Below are positions 15,086-27,578 of a stretch of DNA of 64,000 nucleotides, piece after piece. Positions within the stretch are counted from its first letter, which is position 1. Each line of letters starts with the position of its first letter. The position numbers were made by a program, and so were the translations under genes. Below the pieces are notes generated by a model that was not told the DNA's origin, did no database searches, and saw only the letters and a list, made by a program, of their open reading frames with translations. The stretch covers positions 131,874,001-131,938,000 of the forward strand of contig OX597819.1 in the NCBI GenBank assembly GCA_951406725.2, given 5' to 3'. Source of the stretch: Octopus vulgaris. Taxonomy: Eukaryota.

Positions 15086-15683
15086 TACTGGGGTCCAGAA
15101 CTCTTGCGGGGGGGGGGGAATTTCTGAGAATTAAAAAAAAGACATCCATAGCTTGCAAGTTTTTGATTTTAGGTTTGTTTAAATAAGGTCAAATTTTATT
15201 TAAAACCGATTGTTTCTTTTCGGCAGAAACATGAATTATTTCATCTTTCCTGTGGGGTTATCACCACACAAAGAACACAATTGGTTCTTTCAGTTCAAAC
15301 ACACAACCAATGTCTTGACAAGCAAAAATCCATCTCTAAAAATATAAGTGAAAGTAGCCAACAGCCTCAATGGAAACATTGTTACTAACTCCCACTCCTA
15401 CAAGAAGTGGCTGCTGCCAATATCTTCCACCCTTCCTCCTCCTGGGTTTTTTCTTTTTTTTTTTTTTGCCTTCCTCCCCCCACCCACCCCCCAAACCAGC
15501 TGACCTCCAAACATTTCAAGTCCTGAACTTTACAGTGCAATCAAGATCGGTGAAGGCGTAAAGATGGGAGGAGGGATGGAGGGGGGGAGCTTCCTTCAGC
15601 ACAGCTGGTATCTGGAACAGTCTAAGAAAGAGACGTGTGTGTGCGCCCGCGCGCCAATGTGCTTGTGTGAAAGAAAGAGTGAA

Positions 15684-15716
<33 letters not shown>

Positions 15717-18289
15717 TGATGACAGCAAGTTTCAGCGGGATACACACGTATATATATATGTGTGTGTGTGTGTATATATGGGGCACATTAAATTGATGGA
15801 TTACTCAATACATAGTACAAAGAAAAGGTTGTCAGTGACTTCGAAGTTCCAGTTTGCTCGCCGTCATCACACAAACACACACAGTGCGCCTCAGTCATAC
15901 GAAATTTGTCTTACAGTTCACACATCTGACATTTTAAATAATAAATTGGGGGGGGGGGTATTTTCCTTTTCTTAAAACCAATTGTTCGTATTGTTAGTAA
16001 TTATTAAAGCCCTAATCAAATAAATAAATGGCCAGGGAAGTTCCAGACATGACCATCCAGTTTTATTTTCAGACATACACTACCCTAACCAATATGTCTT
16101 TCTTTTTTTCTTTTAATATGGCAGGGTATGAACTGGCTGTTATTTCTAGCAAGATGCAGAGTTCCCAGCGTGGACTCGAGGTTACTGGCGATTGGAATAT
16201 TTAGAATCACAAATTAAACATCATTTTTTAAATAGTGCTTTAGATTCCAAATATCTTACTTTTAAATTAATAGGAAAATATGTAATTTGTACAGTCACTA
16301 ATTGTCTTCATCAGTATAAGTTTATTTGTAGTCAGTGCGTGGAAAGGCAAACCTGAAACTAGTTAATCAAATATATCAGTTTTCGCTTATAATTCTAAGG
16401 TGAAGAAATCGATAAACATGTGGATATAGTTGCTAGGTAACAAAACAGAAATCAAAGTGTTCGTTTCTAAACTGGAATGAATCTAAATTAAACTGGACAA
16501 TTAATTAACAGCAGAAAAAAAAAAGAATCTTTTTTCTTAAAAGGTTTGTTGCTGAAATCGTTATTGGGAGAAATTTACGAATTACTGTATGTTTTTTAAT
16601 ATATCTGCTAATTGTGGCCAAAGAAAGAAGGTAAGTCAACCGCCAACTTTAACCAAACAATAAAGAACCTCATGATCCGGTCAAACGAGCAGAAGTGATT
16701 GTTAATGATATATCGTAAACCATGTACTTGGTACATTTACAAAATACATTCATCTGTCACACTAACGATCAATAACTATTTTCTATTATGTTTGTTTCCT
16801 AAAACAGAAAACGAAGCCCTCCAAATATTATCCACGAGTCAGTAACCCTTTATCAAGGTTTTCTGGTCCCTAATCTAGTTTTATTTTTAAATATGGCAAG
16901 GAAAACAATTTTAGATATAATTCTTGATTAAGTAAATGAATTTAACGTTCAGTAAAAACAGTAAAGAATTATAATTTGTATAATTAATATTTACATTAAA
17001 TTTTATAAATTCCGGTTTAATAAACAAAAGTGGTGATAAATAAAAGTCCATAATCTGGTTTTACTCTTTGAATTAATCAAAAATAAAAGAACTTTCAAAA
17101 CTGTGAGAGATATACAGGCCTAATTAAGATTTCCCATAATTTCACAATAAACGTCATATAATTTCAATTGATTTTACAGATCTATAGAGATTAAGACATT
17201 AACTATGAATCTTTTCGATTCCTCTCAGACACTGGATCCAATTTAGTTCCATCAGGTGAGCCGTGTTCTTCAAATATTCCGCTATTTCCTGCTATGGCAA
17301 TGTTTTCGAAACCAACATGCACTTAACATTTCCACTAAAACATCATTCGGTTAGCGAAGTCATCAAAGACAGGGTTTGATGAGGATATCTAAAAGTAATT
17401 GTTGAAAAGACGGGAAACTTCTGGGGTTTCTTTCTTGCAGATGTTTTTAATGTAAAAAGAGTGAAAGGCATCTTGAATTAAGAGCGAGGCAAGTGGTTGT
17501 CGGCTTCTTAGTCGCAACCGAACATGTTTTAGAGCTAATAACAGGAATTATCGCTTGGTGCTGGTTAATAAGTTCTGTCAAGTAATTAAAAGATCCAATG
17601 CCGACTATCAAAGAATTTGAAATGTTAAAAATGAGAATTAAAAAAAAAATTCGATCATTACTTTTAGCGAGTATGTATAATTATTAATTACAGAGTATTG
17701 CCGCTACCGTTTATGAATAACAAACTGTAACAACTATAACAAACATGAACAATAAACGAAAATCAACTAATATAGAAGATATTGCGTCAGAAAATTAATT
17801 TTTCGAGTGAAAAGGTAAATTATTGAGGCCCAATGAAGAAGTGCGATTTAGGATCCTATAATAGGAGAGAAGACAGCAAACACGCGCTAAATAGACAGCA
17901 TTCGTTAATGAAGTGAATATAACTTACATCTGACCAGAGTTCTTCACAATTTCAAACTGGAAACGGTTAAGTGTGTATATCACTTGGTACAATTAAGTTC
18001 CTTGTTATGGGTGGGATCTAAAATACGCGTCAGCCACACCTGGGCGCCATTAACCAAGTAAGTAACAAAAGCTTACGGTTCACAAAATATACCTGTTATT
18101 AGTTATTCTTACGAGTGCCTCGAAGTGTCATATTATACACTTTAAAACATTGAAATCCCGAAACATTTACATTGATCGTTATCAATTCGAAATAGATGTA
18201 AGAAACAGGAGGATTAATCCGAGAACTATGATAATTAATATATCAATTAAACATTTTATTTCGAATTAGATCGTCAATACACATACTAC

Positions 18290-19340
18290 GGTTATATCAT
18301 GTACAGGCTTCCTTATAAAGTCAGTGCTCGCTTCTTCGACAGTAGCACATGCGCAATCCCATTTCACCTCTGCCAATTAGTGCCACATTTTTCGCCCGGA
18401 GACCGGTTAATTGCGAAATCTCTCTTCTTAGAACATCGTTCTTAGTTTGAATCTGAATCTAATCTTGTGGGGCTTTCACTATAACGGAGCATATTTACTC
18501 GATTAATATACCATTTGTTTCTTATGTTAAAAAAAGGTAAATGCTTTAAATTGGTTGTATTTCTGAAAATATGAAAAATAATAATAAGAATCAATTTTTG
18601 TTCAGTGTCCGTTGTTTTGATTTACTTTGTGGCGTTTTAACTTTAAGATAATCTGGAGTTTTCAGTTGTATTGATGAAATACCTAACGAACACAAGAATA
18701 TAAGACTGAATAATTGTAAAAAAACAAGTGGAATGAAAATGTACCCTGACGTTTTATTAAGGCATCTTGGAAAGAGTAGAAAAAGAATTCACATGGAGAC
18801 ACGTTCTGTCGGAAGAAGGGCACTTGCGTATCTGTTTTCCTTTTCGGTAGCGATAATGGTATTCTGATGCCTCTGGAACCGAAGATGAAACTTGCAGAAC
18901 TTTTTATATCCATTGCAGTAGAAATAAATATATATATATAAACTCGGCACTTATTCTAGATCATGATTTAGTTATTTTTAGAATTATGAGTAACATTTAT
19001 AAAATTATTCATTGCTAACTTTGATCACATGGCATTTTTCTCCACGTCTATTCTCGATATTTTGTGTGTACAATTACATAATTGAGGGCCAAGAAATTCT
19101 TCGTTCGCACCAAGATGTCTTATCACGTTGCTATGTAAACAAAGAAGTCACGTGAACACCTCATTGAGTTCCTCTGGTATTTCCCGACGCACTTTTATTG
19201 TTCATTAGACTCAGGGACGTATTTTCACGTGCAGTTTTTTCCCATGTGTGTTTTGCCTATAAACACGTGAGACTCTGGCTTGCAAAGTGTCTTTAATTCA
19301 ATAAATTAATGCAAAATACTACGCTGCCATCTTATTCCCT
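18290..19340. promoter_or_regulatory. Promoter-like CpG-retaining island, possibly bidirectional
   Basis: NRF1-like GCACATGCGCA (about 18345), CCAAT (about 18373), three CACGTG E-boxes (about 19150, 19226, 19264), YY1-like GCCATCTT (about 19326); splice donors point away on both strands; transposon-free. Confidence 0.45.
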
Positions 19341-19697
19341 GGAATATTGCAGATTAGCACCTCACCTTGGCATTTTTCTGAAAACGATTATGCAAAAAAA
19401 TGTTAAGAAATTTTAAACCCCTCCTCCAACATTTTAAAATGTATTGCGTATTGAAGTGTGGAAATTTTATTGAAGTAGGTATGTAAAGTACACTTTCTCT
19501 GTTCATTGGACTAGACTGTGGAAATTGTTTCTGTATTGTTAAAGTCCCCGTATTTTCCACGTTACATACCTGCTTTAATGAAATTTTCACACTTTGATAT
19601 ATAACAAAACATTTAAATTGTAGGCAATGGTGGGGTAGGTTGAGGGGGAATGTAAAATTTTGATTTTTTTTTTTTGCATATTCGTAATCTCCAACGT

Positions 19698-19908
19698 GTA
19701 CTATTTAAGAGTGGTCCCGGTGCGCGTAGTCGCGCACCCGCGCTAGCTGGTCGTGACTAGTCGATCCTACAACGACTACCTAGTAAAGTAAATAAAACAC
19801 GAAATAAATAATTTTTTAAAACAAAGTAAATAAAACAAAAACACAAAGTAAGGATCGACTAATCACGACTAGCTAGCGCGCACCGGGACCACTCTTCTTA
19901 AATAGTAC
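19698..19908. repeat. CpG-rich inverted repeat / MITE-like hairpin
   Basis: GTACTATTTAAGAGTGGTCCCGGTGCGCG..TAGTCGATCCT is mirrored by AGGATCGACTA..CGCGCACCGGGACCACTCTTCTTAAATAGTAC around an A-rich spacer. Confidence 0.85.
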
Positions 19909-20391
19909 CCCGACATGTAAACCCTAGGAATCCGAATAAGCTTTTCCAGAAAAAGTGAGTTGCGAATCTGCATTAGCCCCGTATTCCTTGTGGGAAGGTG
20001 GCAAAGCCGTTGATTACGGAACTGAATTTACTAGTTTCTTAAAGAATTTCACTTTCCAGGAAAACTTTTACACTCCCTGCCCACGTAGTTTATATAATTG
20101 GTTACAGTATATCGATTAACAGTTCTACTGTGAGACCAAGTTTTAAAGGCACCATTCACGACCAGGTACTGTGTTATTGTTTTTTCCAGTGTCTCTTAGA
20201 CTCTTCCAGTGTGCCTACAGCCAAATCTTGAGCAGTTTGTCCAGGGACCTAATTCTGATCTGTCTACGCTGCCAAGACGGTCCTGCCTACAGCACTTTCT
20301 CTTACCGAATTCTATGGTGCTTGAACAAAAGTTTTGTAAACGCAATAACACTTCGTAAACTTAATTTTAACATAAACATTCTGTTTATTCC

Positions 20392-20754
20392 CTAGAAAAA
20401 CGCCGACGCCGTGGAGATCTCATTCTTGCTCACAAAAGGCGGAAAGTGTAACCTCTCGAAAGAGCTGTTCTTCACTCCTGCTCCAGAGCGTAGGCTGCGG
20501 GGTCATTCCGAAAAGCTCTATCTGCGACGATTTCATCTCAATCGAAGGAGCGGGGCTTTCTCCGTCCGGGTTGCGGATCCGTGGAATAAGATGCCAGGCG
20601 AGATAGTGAAGATGCCAACGACCACTCAGTTCAAAGTCTCCCTTGACCTCAAGTGGCCTGAACTCTTTACATGAACACCACCCTGTACATAACTCCATGT
20701 CCCCCTACATGGCCTTGCTTTTTGCTTTTTGAGCCAGAAAATTAACTAACTAAC
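20392..20754 (+). mobile_element. CR1/L2-clade LINE 3' fragment, same family as 845-1450
   Basis: Near-identical to the first copy: LRGHSEKLYLRRFHLNRRSGAFSVRVADPWNK and an AACTAACTAAC tail. Confidence 0.9.
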
Positions 20755-21192
20755 AACCTATAGAATTTTCTCAATAAAGCCAAGAAAAAATGATGTTTTA
20801 TAAACACATTCTACCAGTATACAAAGTTTAAAAGTGTTTGGTTAACTAGAAATTGTGTTGACATGTGCCGTTCAAAAGGAAAAGATCCAATACTGTTATT
20901 ATTCATAACCAAAATATTACTTCCTCTGTCTCAAAAAAATAAAATTAATTCATAGAAAAATGATTTTACATTCTACCACGACTGAATATAAAGTTGACTG
21001 AAGGTGCAGATAGATGCATACATGCTGTGTATCTGTCTACTTATCAACATTTGCCCCTTTAACTCTACTTTTCCGAATATTGATATAAATGTGGTTGCAA
21101 TTTAATCATTTTTCTCTGAGACTCTTTCTCGATTTAGATGCAAATCACAGGAAATGGGAAACAAAGAAACAGGTACAACAGGCTGTGAAGTA

Positions 21193-21610
21193 GGGCAGCG
21201 AGATGGCAGAATCGGTAGCAGGCCAGGCGAAATGCTTAGCCGTATCTTGTCTGCCGTTACATTGTGAGTTCAAATTCTGCCGAGGTCGACTTTGCCTTTC
21301 ATCCTTTCAGGGTCAATTAAATAAGTACCAGTTACGCACTGGGGGCAATGTAATTGACTTAATCCGTTTTTCTGTGTGTAGCCCCTTGTGGGCAGTAAAA
21401 AAATAAGAAACATTAGCACGCTAAGCGAAATGCTTAGTGGTATTTCATCTGCCATTATGTTCTGAGCTTAAACTCCACCAAGGTCGACTTTGCCCTTCAT
21501 CCTTTTGGGATGGATTAAATAAGTACCAGTTATGCACTGGGGTTGATATAATCGACTTAATCCGTTTGTCCCCTCTATGTTTAGCTCCCTGTGGGCAATA
21601 AAGAAATAAA
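21193..21610 (+). mobile_element. Two tandem copies of tRNA-derived SINE family A (Nin/Deu-like domain); others at about 43-270(+), 7490-7690(-), 27204-27410(+), 28560-28795(-), 33560-33760(+)
   Basis: TGGCAGAATCG A-box-like, GAGTTCAAATTC B-box-like, GGTCGACTTTGCCTTTCATCCTTTCGGGGTCGATAAATTAAGTACCAG central domain. Confidence 0.8.
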
Positions 21611-22378
21611 TATGGCTGTGAGGTGGTTAAGAAGTTCGCTAGCAACCACAGAGTTCCAGGTTCAGTCCTGTTACACAGCTCCTTGACAAGTGTCTTCTGT
21701 TCTAGCCATGGGCTGATCAATGATGCCTCAAAAGTGAAACTGCGCATGAGCCAGTGTGTATATATATGTGTGTGTGTGTGTGTTGGTCTGGTGTCCTGTT
21801 GTCATAAACAATAACTTAACCTTTCAGGAAACCAAAAGCAAATTAATTCTTGGAGTGAAGTGATTGACTGAAAGCCCTTGACAACAATACTCCTGTCGTG
21901 GCCGTATTTCAGTGATTGAAAACAGTCAAATAATAAAAGACCATTGGAATGGTGAGCACATCATGGTGTGGATCTCCTGTTTTCATCTCAAATCTGATTT
22001 ATGATGAGTAAACCACCAAACGTATGTTTTAGTGTCTGGCAACATTTGACTCTGTGTTTTGTGCCGTGTCTTTTGCTTTTATCAACAGCCAGAGAGAGAG
22101 AGAAGCTTGCAGATCTTCCCAGATTAATGAGATGATCTTCGTTGTGAACATTTGAGGATTAATAGTAGAAACAGGAGAGTATAGGTTGGCTGGGAATGGA
22201 TTTGAGAAGGAACTATTGTATAAAATGTTTAGTGCAGTATTTTGGAGGTAAGTATGTGTGGGTTTGGACACAGGGCAGAAACAAGTCCGTAGCAACAGAG
22301 ACAACTAAAAAAAAAACCAGCTCATTAGCAAACCAATTTGGAAGTGAGATGTTAGCTAATCACTACGTGGCTGATTAA

Positions 22379-22588
22379 CCATTTTGTTACCATATTTCTG
22401 TGAGATGTTCTGTGTTTCTTTCAATTAATTTAAAATATAACAAAGAATTTAGTGAAATAACTTGGTTATAATTAAGCTAGTGTTAGGAACATAAACTGTG
22501 ACTAAGGTTTGGTGGAAGATTTTAATTTGGAACTTTTGAAAACAAGACATTTGTACTACAGGAGCAATTTCAGACGGAATCAAAAGGG
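22379..22588. mobile_element. About 210-bp TTAA MITE (piggyBac-like)
   Basis: TTAA on both sides; same internal sequence as 7819-8027. Confidence 0.75.
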
Positions 22589-24248
22589 TTAATGTATAAT
22601 ATGCAAATCACAATGACTGCTAATGTTACATTTTCACATCTACAACTAAATATAGCAATTTAGATTCATAGTTCCCTTTGTGGCCAAGGAACAGTGGTAC
22701 ATCTCTTGAAGAAGGACAATTATCCCAAAACATTTCTCTAAAATTCCCTATTTGCCATTAAAAGAACAAACATGTTTTCACATCTTCTGTAATCTCTACA
22801 GCTAAGGCTTTTACATAACTGTAGTTATCATAATTAAACATGTTTCAGGTATCCTGTGTTTTATATAAATGTGTATCAATCACATGGCAGATACTGGTGT
22901 CACACAAATGGCACCCATGCTGGTGACACATAAAAGCACCCATTACAGAGTGGTTGGTGTTAAGAAGGGCATCCAGCTGTAGAAAACCATGCCAAATCAG
23001 ACTGGAGCCTGGCACAACCTTCCATCATGCCAGCCCAGTCATACTGTCCAACCCATGCCAGCATGGACAACAGACGTTAAATGATGATGATGACACAGCC
23101 ATGCCTGCATCTTATATGTATGAAGAGCCCAAGAGAGATGTTTGTAAGGGGTGTGACAAGAATGTTGGCATGTTGCCCAATTCCAAGTGCAATGAGGGTG
23201 AGTGTGTCTGACTAAGTAAGGCAAAGCTTAGAAATCACCAGAAGAGCTACCCACACGGGGAAAATGTTAACTAGGCATTATAGAGCATATCTATAAATTA
23301 AGTACCAGTTGCATACTGGGGTTGATCTAATCGACTGGCCCCCTCCCCAAGAATTTTGGGCCTTGTGCTTAGAGTAGAAAAGATTATACAAAGGCAGCGA
23401 GCTGGCAGAATCGTTAGCATGCTGCGCCGCGGAATGCCTGGCGGTATTTCATCTGTCACCAGTGCGTAACTGGTACTTATTTAATCGACCCCGAATGGAT
23501 GAATGGCAAAGTCGACCTCGGCGGAATTTGAACTCAGAGCGTAGTGGCAGACGAAATAGAGCTAAGCATTTCGCCCGGCGTGCTAACATCTCTGCCAACA
23601 TGTCGCCTTAAAGTGAATGAGAATACCATCATCATCATCATCGTATAGAGCTCTTCTTTTCCATGCTTGCATGCATCAAAAACTGGTTTAATCATCCAGT
23701 GATTGTCAGATAACCAAGCCTGTAATAGAGAGAGAGAGATGTTGAAGATAAAGCGTGTGTGTCAAGGACAGAGGAGTGTCTGTGTAAACAGCTACTTAGT
23801 CTTTAACACCTCACCCCCCACATCCTAACGGCTATGTCTTGTCTCATTACCATCCCCCTACCACTGCTCCTCTGTTGATCATCTTTTGCTCCTCTCAGTA
23901 TCCTCCCCTTGAAACTACCTCCGCCTCACACTCTCTCTCCTTCCTCCGACTTCCCCTGGTTAAGTCAAAATAAAAAAAATGTGCTTCTAATTCAGTCATA
24001 AAGTCAGCAATTTTGAGGAGAAGGGGAATGGGGGGGGGGGGTTACTTCTAGCAGAATCCTTGGCCAAAACCCTTTAATGCTGTTTCGTCCTCTGAATTCC
24101 AATTCCATCAAAGTTGACTTTGCCTTCCATCCCATCAAATGGTGCTAATAAATTAAGTACCAGCAGAACACTAGGGATCCATGTAACTGACTTCCCCCTT
24201 TCCCTTGTGCCAGGATTTGAAACTATTATTATTATTATTATCATTATT

Positions 24249-24802
24249 GAGTGAGCGAGCAGTGCATGCCATCAAAGTGACACTGGGGTACAAATATACG
24301 AAGCCCAATATACCCATCATGACTACCCGTCTGATAAGGGTACACTAGGTACATACATCACAACCATATGTGCGCGACATGATGATCTCATATCAAGATA
24401 AACAGTGCATGACCTTGCAGGTGGGGCCCAGTTAGAATTTTCTTCAGGTTGAGTAACCCATCCCACTCAAAAGGTCCCTGAGTAAGGATTGTTTAAGGAT
24501 GTTGAACGAAACACCCATGTTTCCAGAGGTGAATTATCCAAACCCCAAAGAATCTCTTTCAATACATGGCTGTGATGCTCCCCCACTACTTCTGCTCGTG
24601 ATCAGAGATGCACATATCGTCAGCCACTAAGGGACATGCTCAACTGGTTAAGGTCAAACAACTGACAAGCAAATCTGTGGTATTGAGCAGAATATTTGCT
24701 GTAGCCCATCTTTTATAGCAAGACAAAACAATGTACATAACACTTCCAATCAGTTAAGATCAGAAGCCACGAGAGCCACTGCCTGGTACTGCATCAGGAC
24801 AT
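24249..24802. mobile_element. About 555-bp non-coding interspersed element in (TAA)n, copy 1
   Basis: Near-identical to 34127-34682 and 24826-25897; both ends lie in (ATT)n. Confidence 0.8.
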
Positions 24803-24825
24803 TTATTATTATTATTATTATTATT

Positions 24826-25897
24826 GAATGAGAGAGCAGTGCGTGTCATCAAAGTGACGCTGGGGTACAAATATACAAAGCCCAACATACCCATTATGAC
24901 TACCCATCTGATAAAGGTACACCAGGCACATGCATCACAACCATATGTGTGCGACATGGTGATCTCATATCAAGATTAACAGTGCATGACCTTGCAGGTG
25001 GGGCTCAGTTAGAATTTCCTCTGGTTGAGTAGCCCCTCCTGTTCAATAGGTCCCTGAATGAGGGTTGTTTAACCCTTTGTGGATCAATGGGGTTGGAATT
25101 ACATAAAAGGCTATTTTATTTTTGCACACTTCCCCACTATCTATAAATTATTAGCGTTTAATGGAAGGGAATTAAAATATCATTTATTGACTGAAAAATG
25201 CCTTTATTGAAAAAATCAACTGTTTTTATAGTTTTATGACTTATCAGATACGTATAGCACTAAATATAAAATAAAACAAAAGGAATAAAAGTGTATCGAT
25301 TCATTCCAGAACAAATACGAAGAAAATTGATTTAAAGTTCATCAGAATATCTGGAAAAAGAACAGAAAAAAATAATTTCACAGAAGGCCAATGGGAGTCC
25401 AGTTGGACCCCCAATGACCGTATTTTATGCTATAGCATCCATTTGACTAGAAATTATTAACTCAAAATTTGTATGGGCATACATAAACTATTGACAATAA
25501 AAGGCAAGAGATATAAAATTATTTAAATAAAAAATTGCATAACTTTTAAAATTTGCTAGGGTCCCAAGGGACCTCACTGGGTCACAAAAGGTTAAGGGTG
25601 ATGAACAAAACATCCATGTTTCCATAGGGAATTATTCAAACCCCAAAGAATCCCTCTCAACACATGGCTATGATGCTCCCCAACTCCTTCTGCTGGTGAT
25701 CAGAGATGCACATATCGTCAGCCACTAAGGGACATGCTCAACTGGTTAAGGTCAAACAACTGACAAGCAAATCTGTGGTACTGAGCAGAATATTTGCTGT
25801 AGCCCATCTTTTATACCAAGACAAAACAATGTACAGGATAACACTTCCAATCAGTTAAGATCAGAAGCCACGAGAGCCACTGCCTGGTACTGCATCA
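24826..25897. mobile_element. About 555-bp (TAA)n-associated element, copy 2, interrupted by a TTAA MITE
   Basis: Colinear with copy 1 apart from the 25073-25591 insertion. Confidence 0.8.
25073..25591. mobile_element. piggyBac-type non-autonomous DNA transposon
   Basis: TTAA is duplicated (25069-25072 and 25592-25595) where uninterrupted host copies have a single TTAA; imperfect TIRs CCCTTTGTG../..CACAAAAGG. Confidence 0.8.
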
Positions 25898-26289
25898 TCG
25901 TCTGCTTGGATGTGGTTTCTGTGGCTGGATGCCCTATCATTTGAAGAATAAGGTGAGGGTAGAGAGGGATGTGTTGCCCTCCAGTGTGTTTATCAAAAGG
26001 TGGTCAACAGTGGAGAGACTGAATGGATCTACTTTGAATACGCTTTTCTAAGCAGGAGGAAAGGAAATGGAAGAGAGCACTTTCCCATGCCTCAGAGATT
26101 ACCCTAAGTGGACTGCCCCACTATTGGGGATTCTATTTATTTCTCTACTTTCTATTACATATTCTCTGTTATATCCTTTAATGTGGTAGTAACTCCTCTT
26201 GATGGATGTTAACCCCACATGATTTTGTAATTTTTTTTTGTGCTGTAAATCATCCTTCGATATTGTCCTCCATGTCTTGAGCCCTTGTG

Positions 26290-26720
26290 GCCAATAAAAG
26301 AATCCATTGTGAAGATTGCCCCACCACCCTCTTTTGGCCAAGAGGGGCAGGCAATTTTTATTTGTAGTGAAAGAGGAAGTATGGTGGACTCGTTTGAAAG
26401 GGCTAAAGACAGACACTTTCCAGTTTGACCAAGCCCTCATCAACTTTTTCAAGTTTCACTTGAAAAGGAAAGTGAGGGTGAAGAGGGAAGTGTTGCCTTG
26501 TAGCAAGTTTGTTGAAAAGGTGGGGGATATTGGAAGAATGGCCAGTGTGAAAGGACCAATTCTGAGTGTGCACCTGCGAGAAATAAAAGAAGGGCTCTTG
26601 CCCAGTTCATCAGGCACACGTGGCTTTTGTGGGTTTTTGCACAAGGACCTTAAACCGCCTCCCCTATTGGGAGTTTTAATTTGTCATTGTTATATTTTAC
26701 ACACTGTGAAACCCTTTGTC
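26290..26720 (+). mobile_element. Probable Tx1/L1-clade LINE 3' fragment
   Basis: KEEVWWTRLKG..LINFFKFHLKRKVRV.RE, related to 32372-33356; clade assignment is inference. Confidence 0.5.
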
Positions 26721-26767
26721 TTGTTATGTGCTGTCTTTTATGTCTGTGTCGTATCATTTAATGGTAA

Positions 26768-26996
26768 GTTGCCAACTTAATGTGGCAGTCCCATGAAAGG
26801 GAAGGATGCTACTGTTATTTAGCCCTAGGAAACACTGTTTCCAGTTGGCCATAACACATTTTCTGTGTCCTTATGTTTTCAAAGGGGAGATAAGCACACA
26901 GAAAATGTGTCATGGCCAACTGGAAACGGTGTTTCCTAGGGTTAAATAACAGTAGCATCCTTCCCTTTCATGGGAATGCCACATTAAGTTGGCAAC
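26768..26996. repeat. Near-perfect palindrome (arms of about 105 bp), MITE-like
   Basis: GTTGCCAACTTAATGTGGCA..CATTTTCTGTGT is mirrored by ACACAGAAAATG..TGCCACATTAAGTTGGCAAC. Confidence 0.9.
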
Positions 26997-27578
26997 ATGC
27001 CCTCACTTTATCGTGCTGCTACTGTATAGATCTCTCTCAGAGATTTAGAAATGTATTATTGCTGTGTCATTTAATGTTATTGTATTTGAGCCCTTGTGGC
27101 TAATAAAAGAATTAATTTATCATTATTGTTGTTGTCATTGTTGATATTATTATTATTATTGTTATTACTATTACTATATAATACTAGTAGTGGTAGTAGT
27201 AGTAAGGCAGTGAGCTGGTAGAATTGTTAGCATGCCAGGCAAAATGCTTTATGACATTTCTTCCAAATCTAGATTCTGAGTTCAAGTGACACCAAGGTCG
27301 ACTTTTATCCCTTTTGGGGTCAAAAAAATAAGTATCAGTTAAGCACTGCGGTTGATGTAATTCACAAGCCCTTCTTCCAAAGTTTCAGACCCTATAATAG
27401 AAAGAATTATTGTTTGACTGCATTTATAACATTCAATTTTTTTTTTCTAAATGTAATCTTCTTGATTTCAAAACCGAAGCCTCGTATCCTTTGTACTATT
27501 TAGAATGGTTGGCTTTGGTTGTCATAGCTACATTGATTGAAAAGAACAAAAATATAACAGTTGTTATAGGTTATCTCA

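Noticed and set aside
18325-18352. GTGCTCGCTTC..AGCACAT resembling the U6 snRNA 5' end
   Set aside because: Similarity stops after about 25 nt; no ACAGAGA box, U6 body or poly-T terminator.
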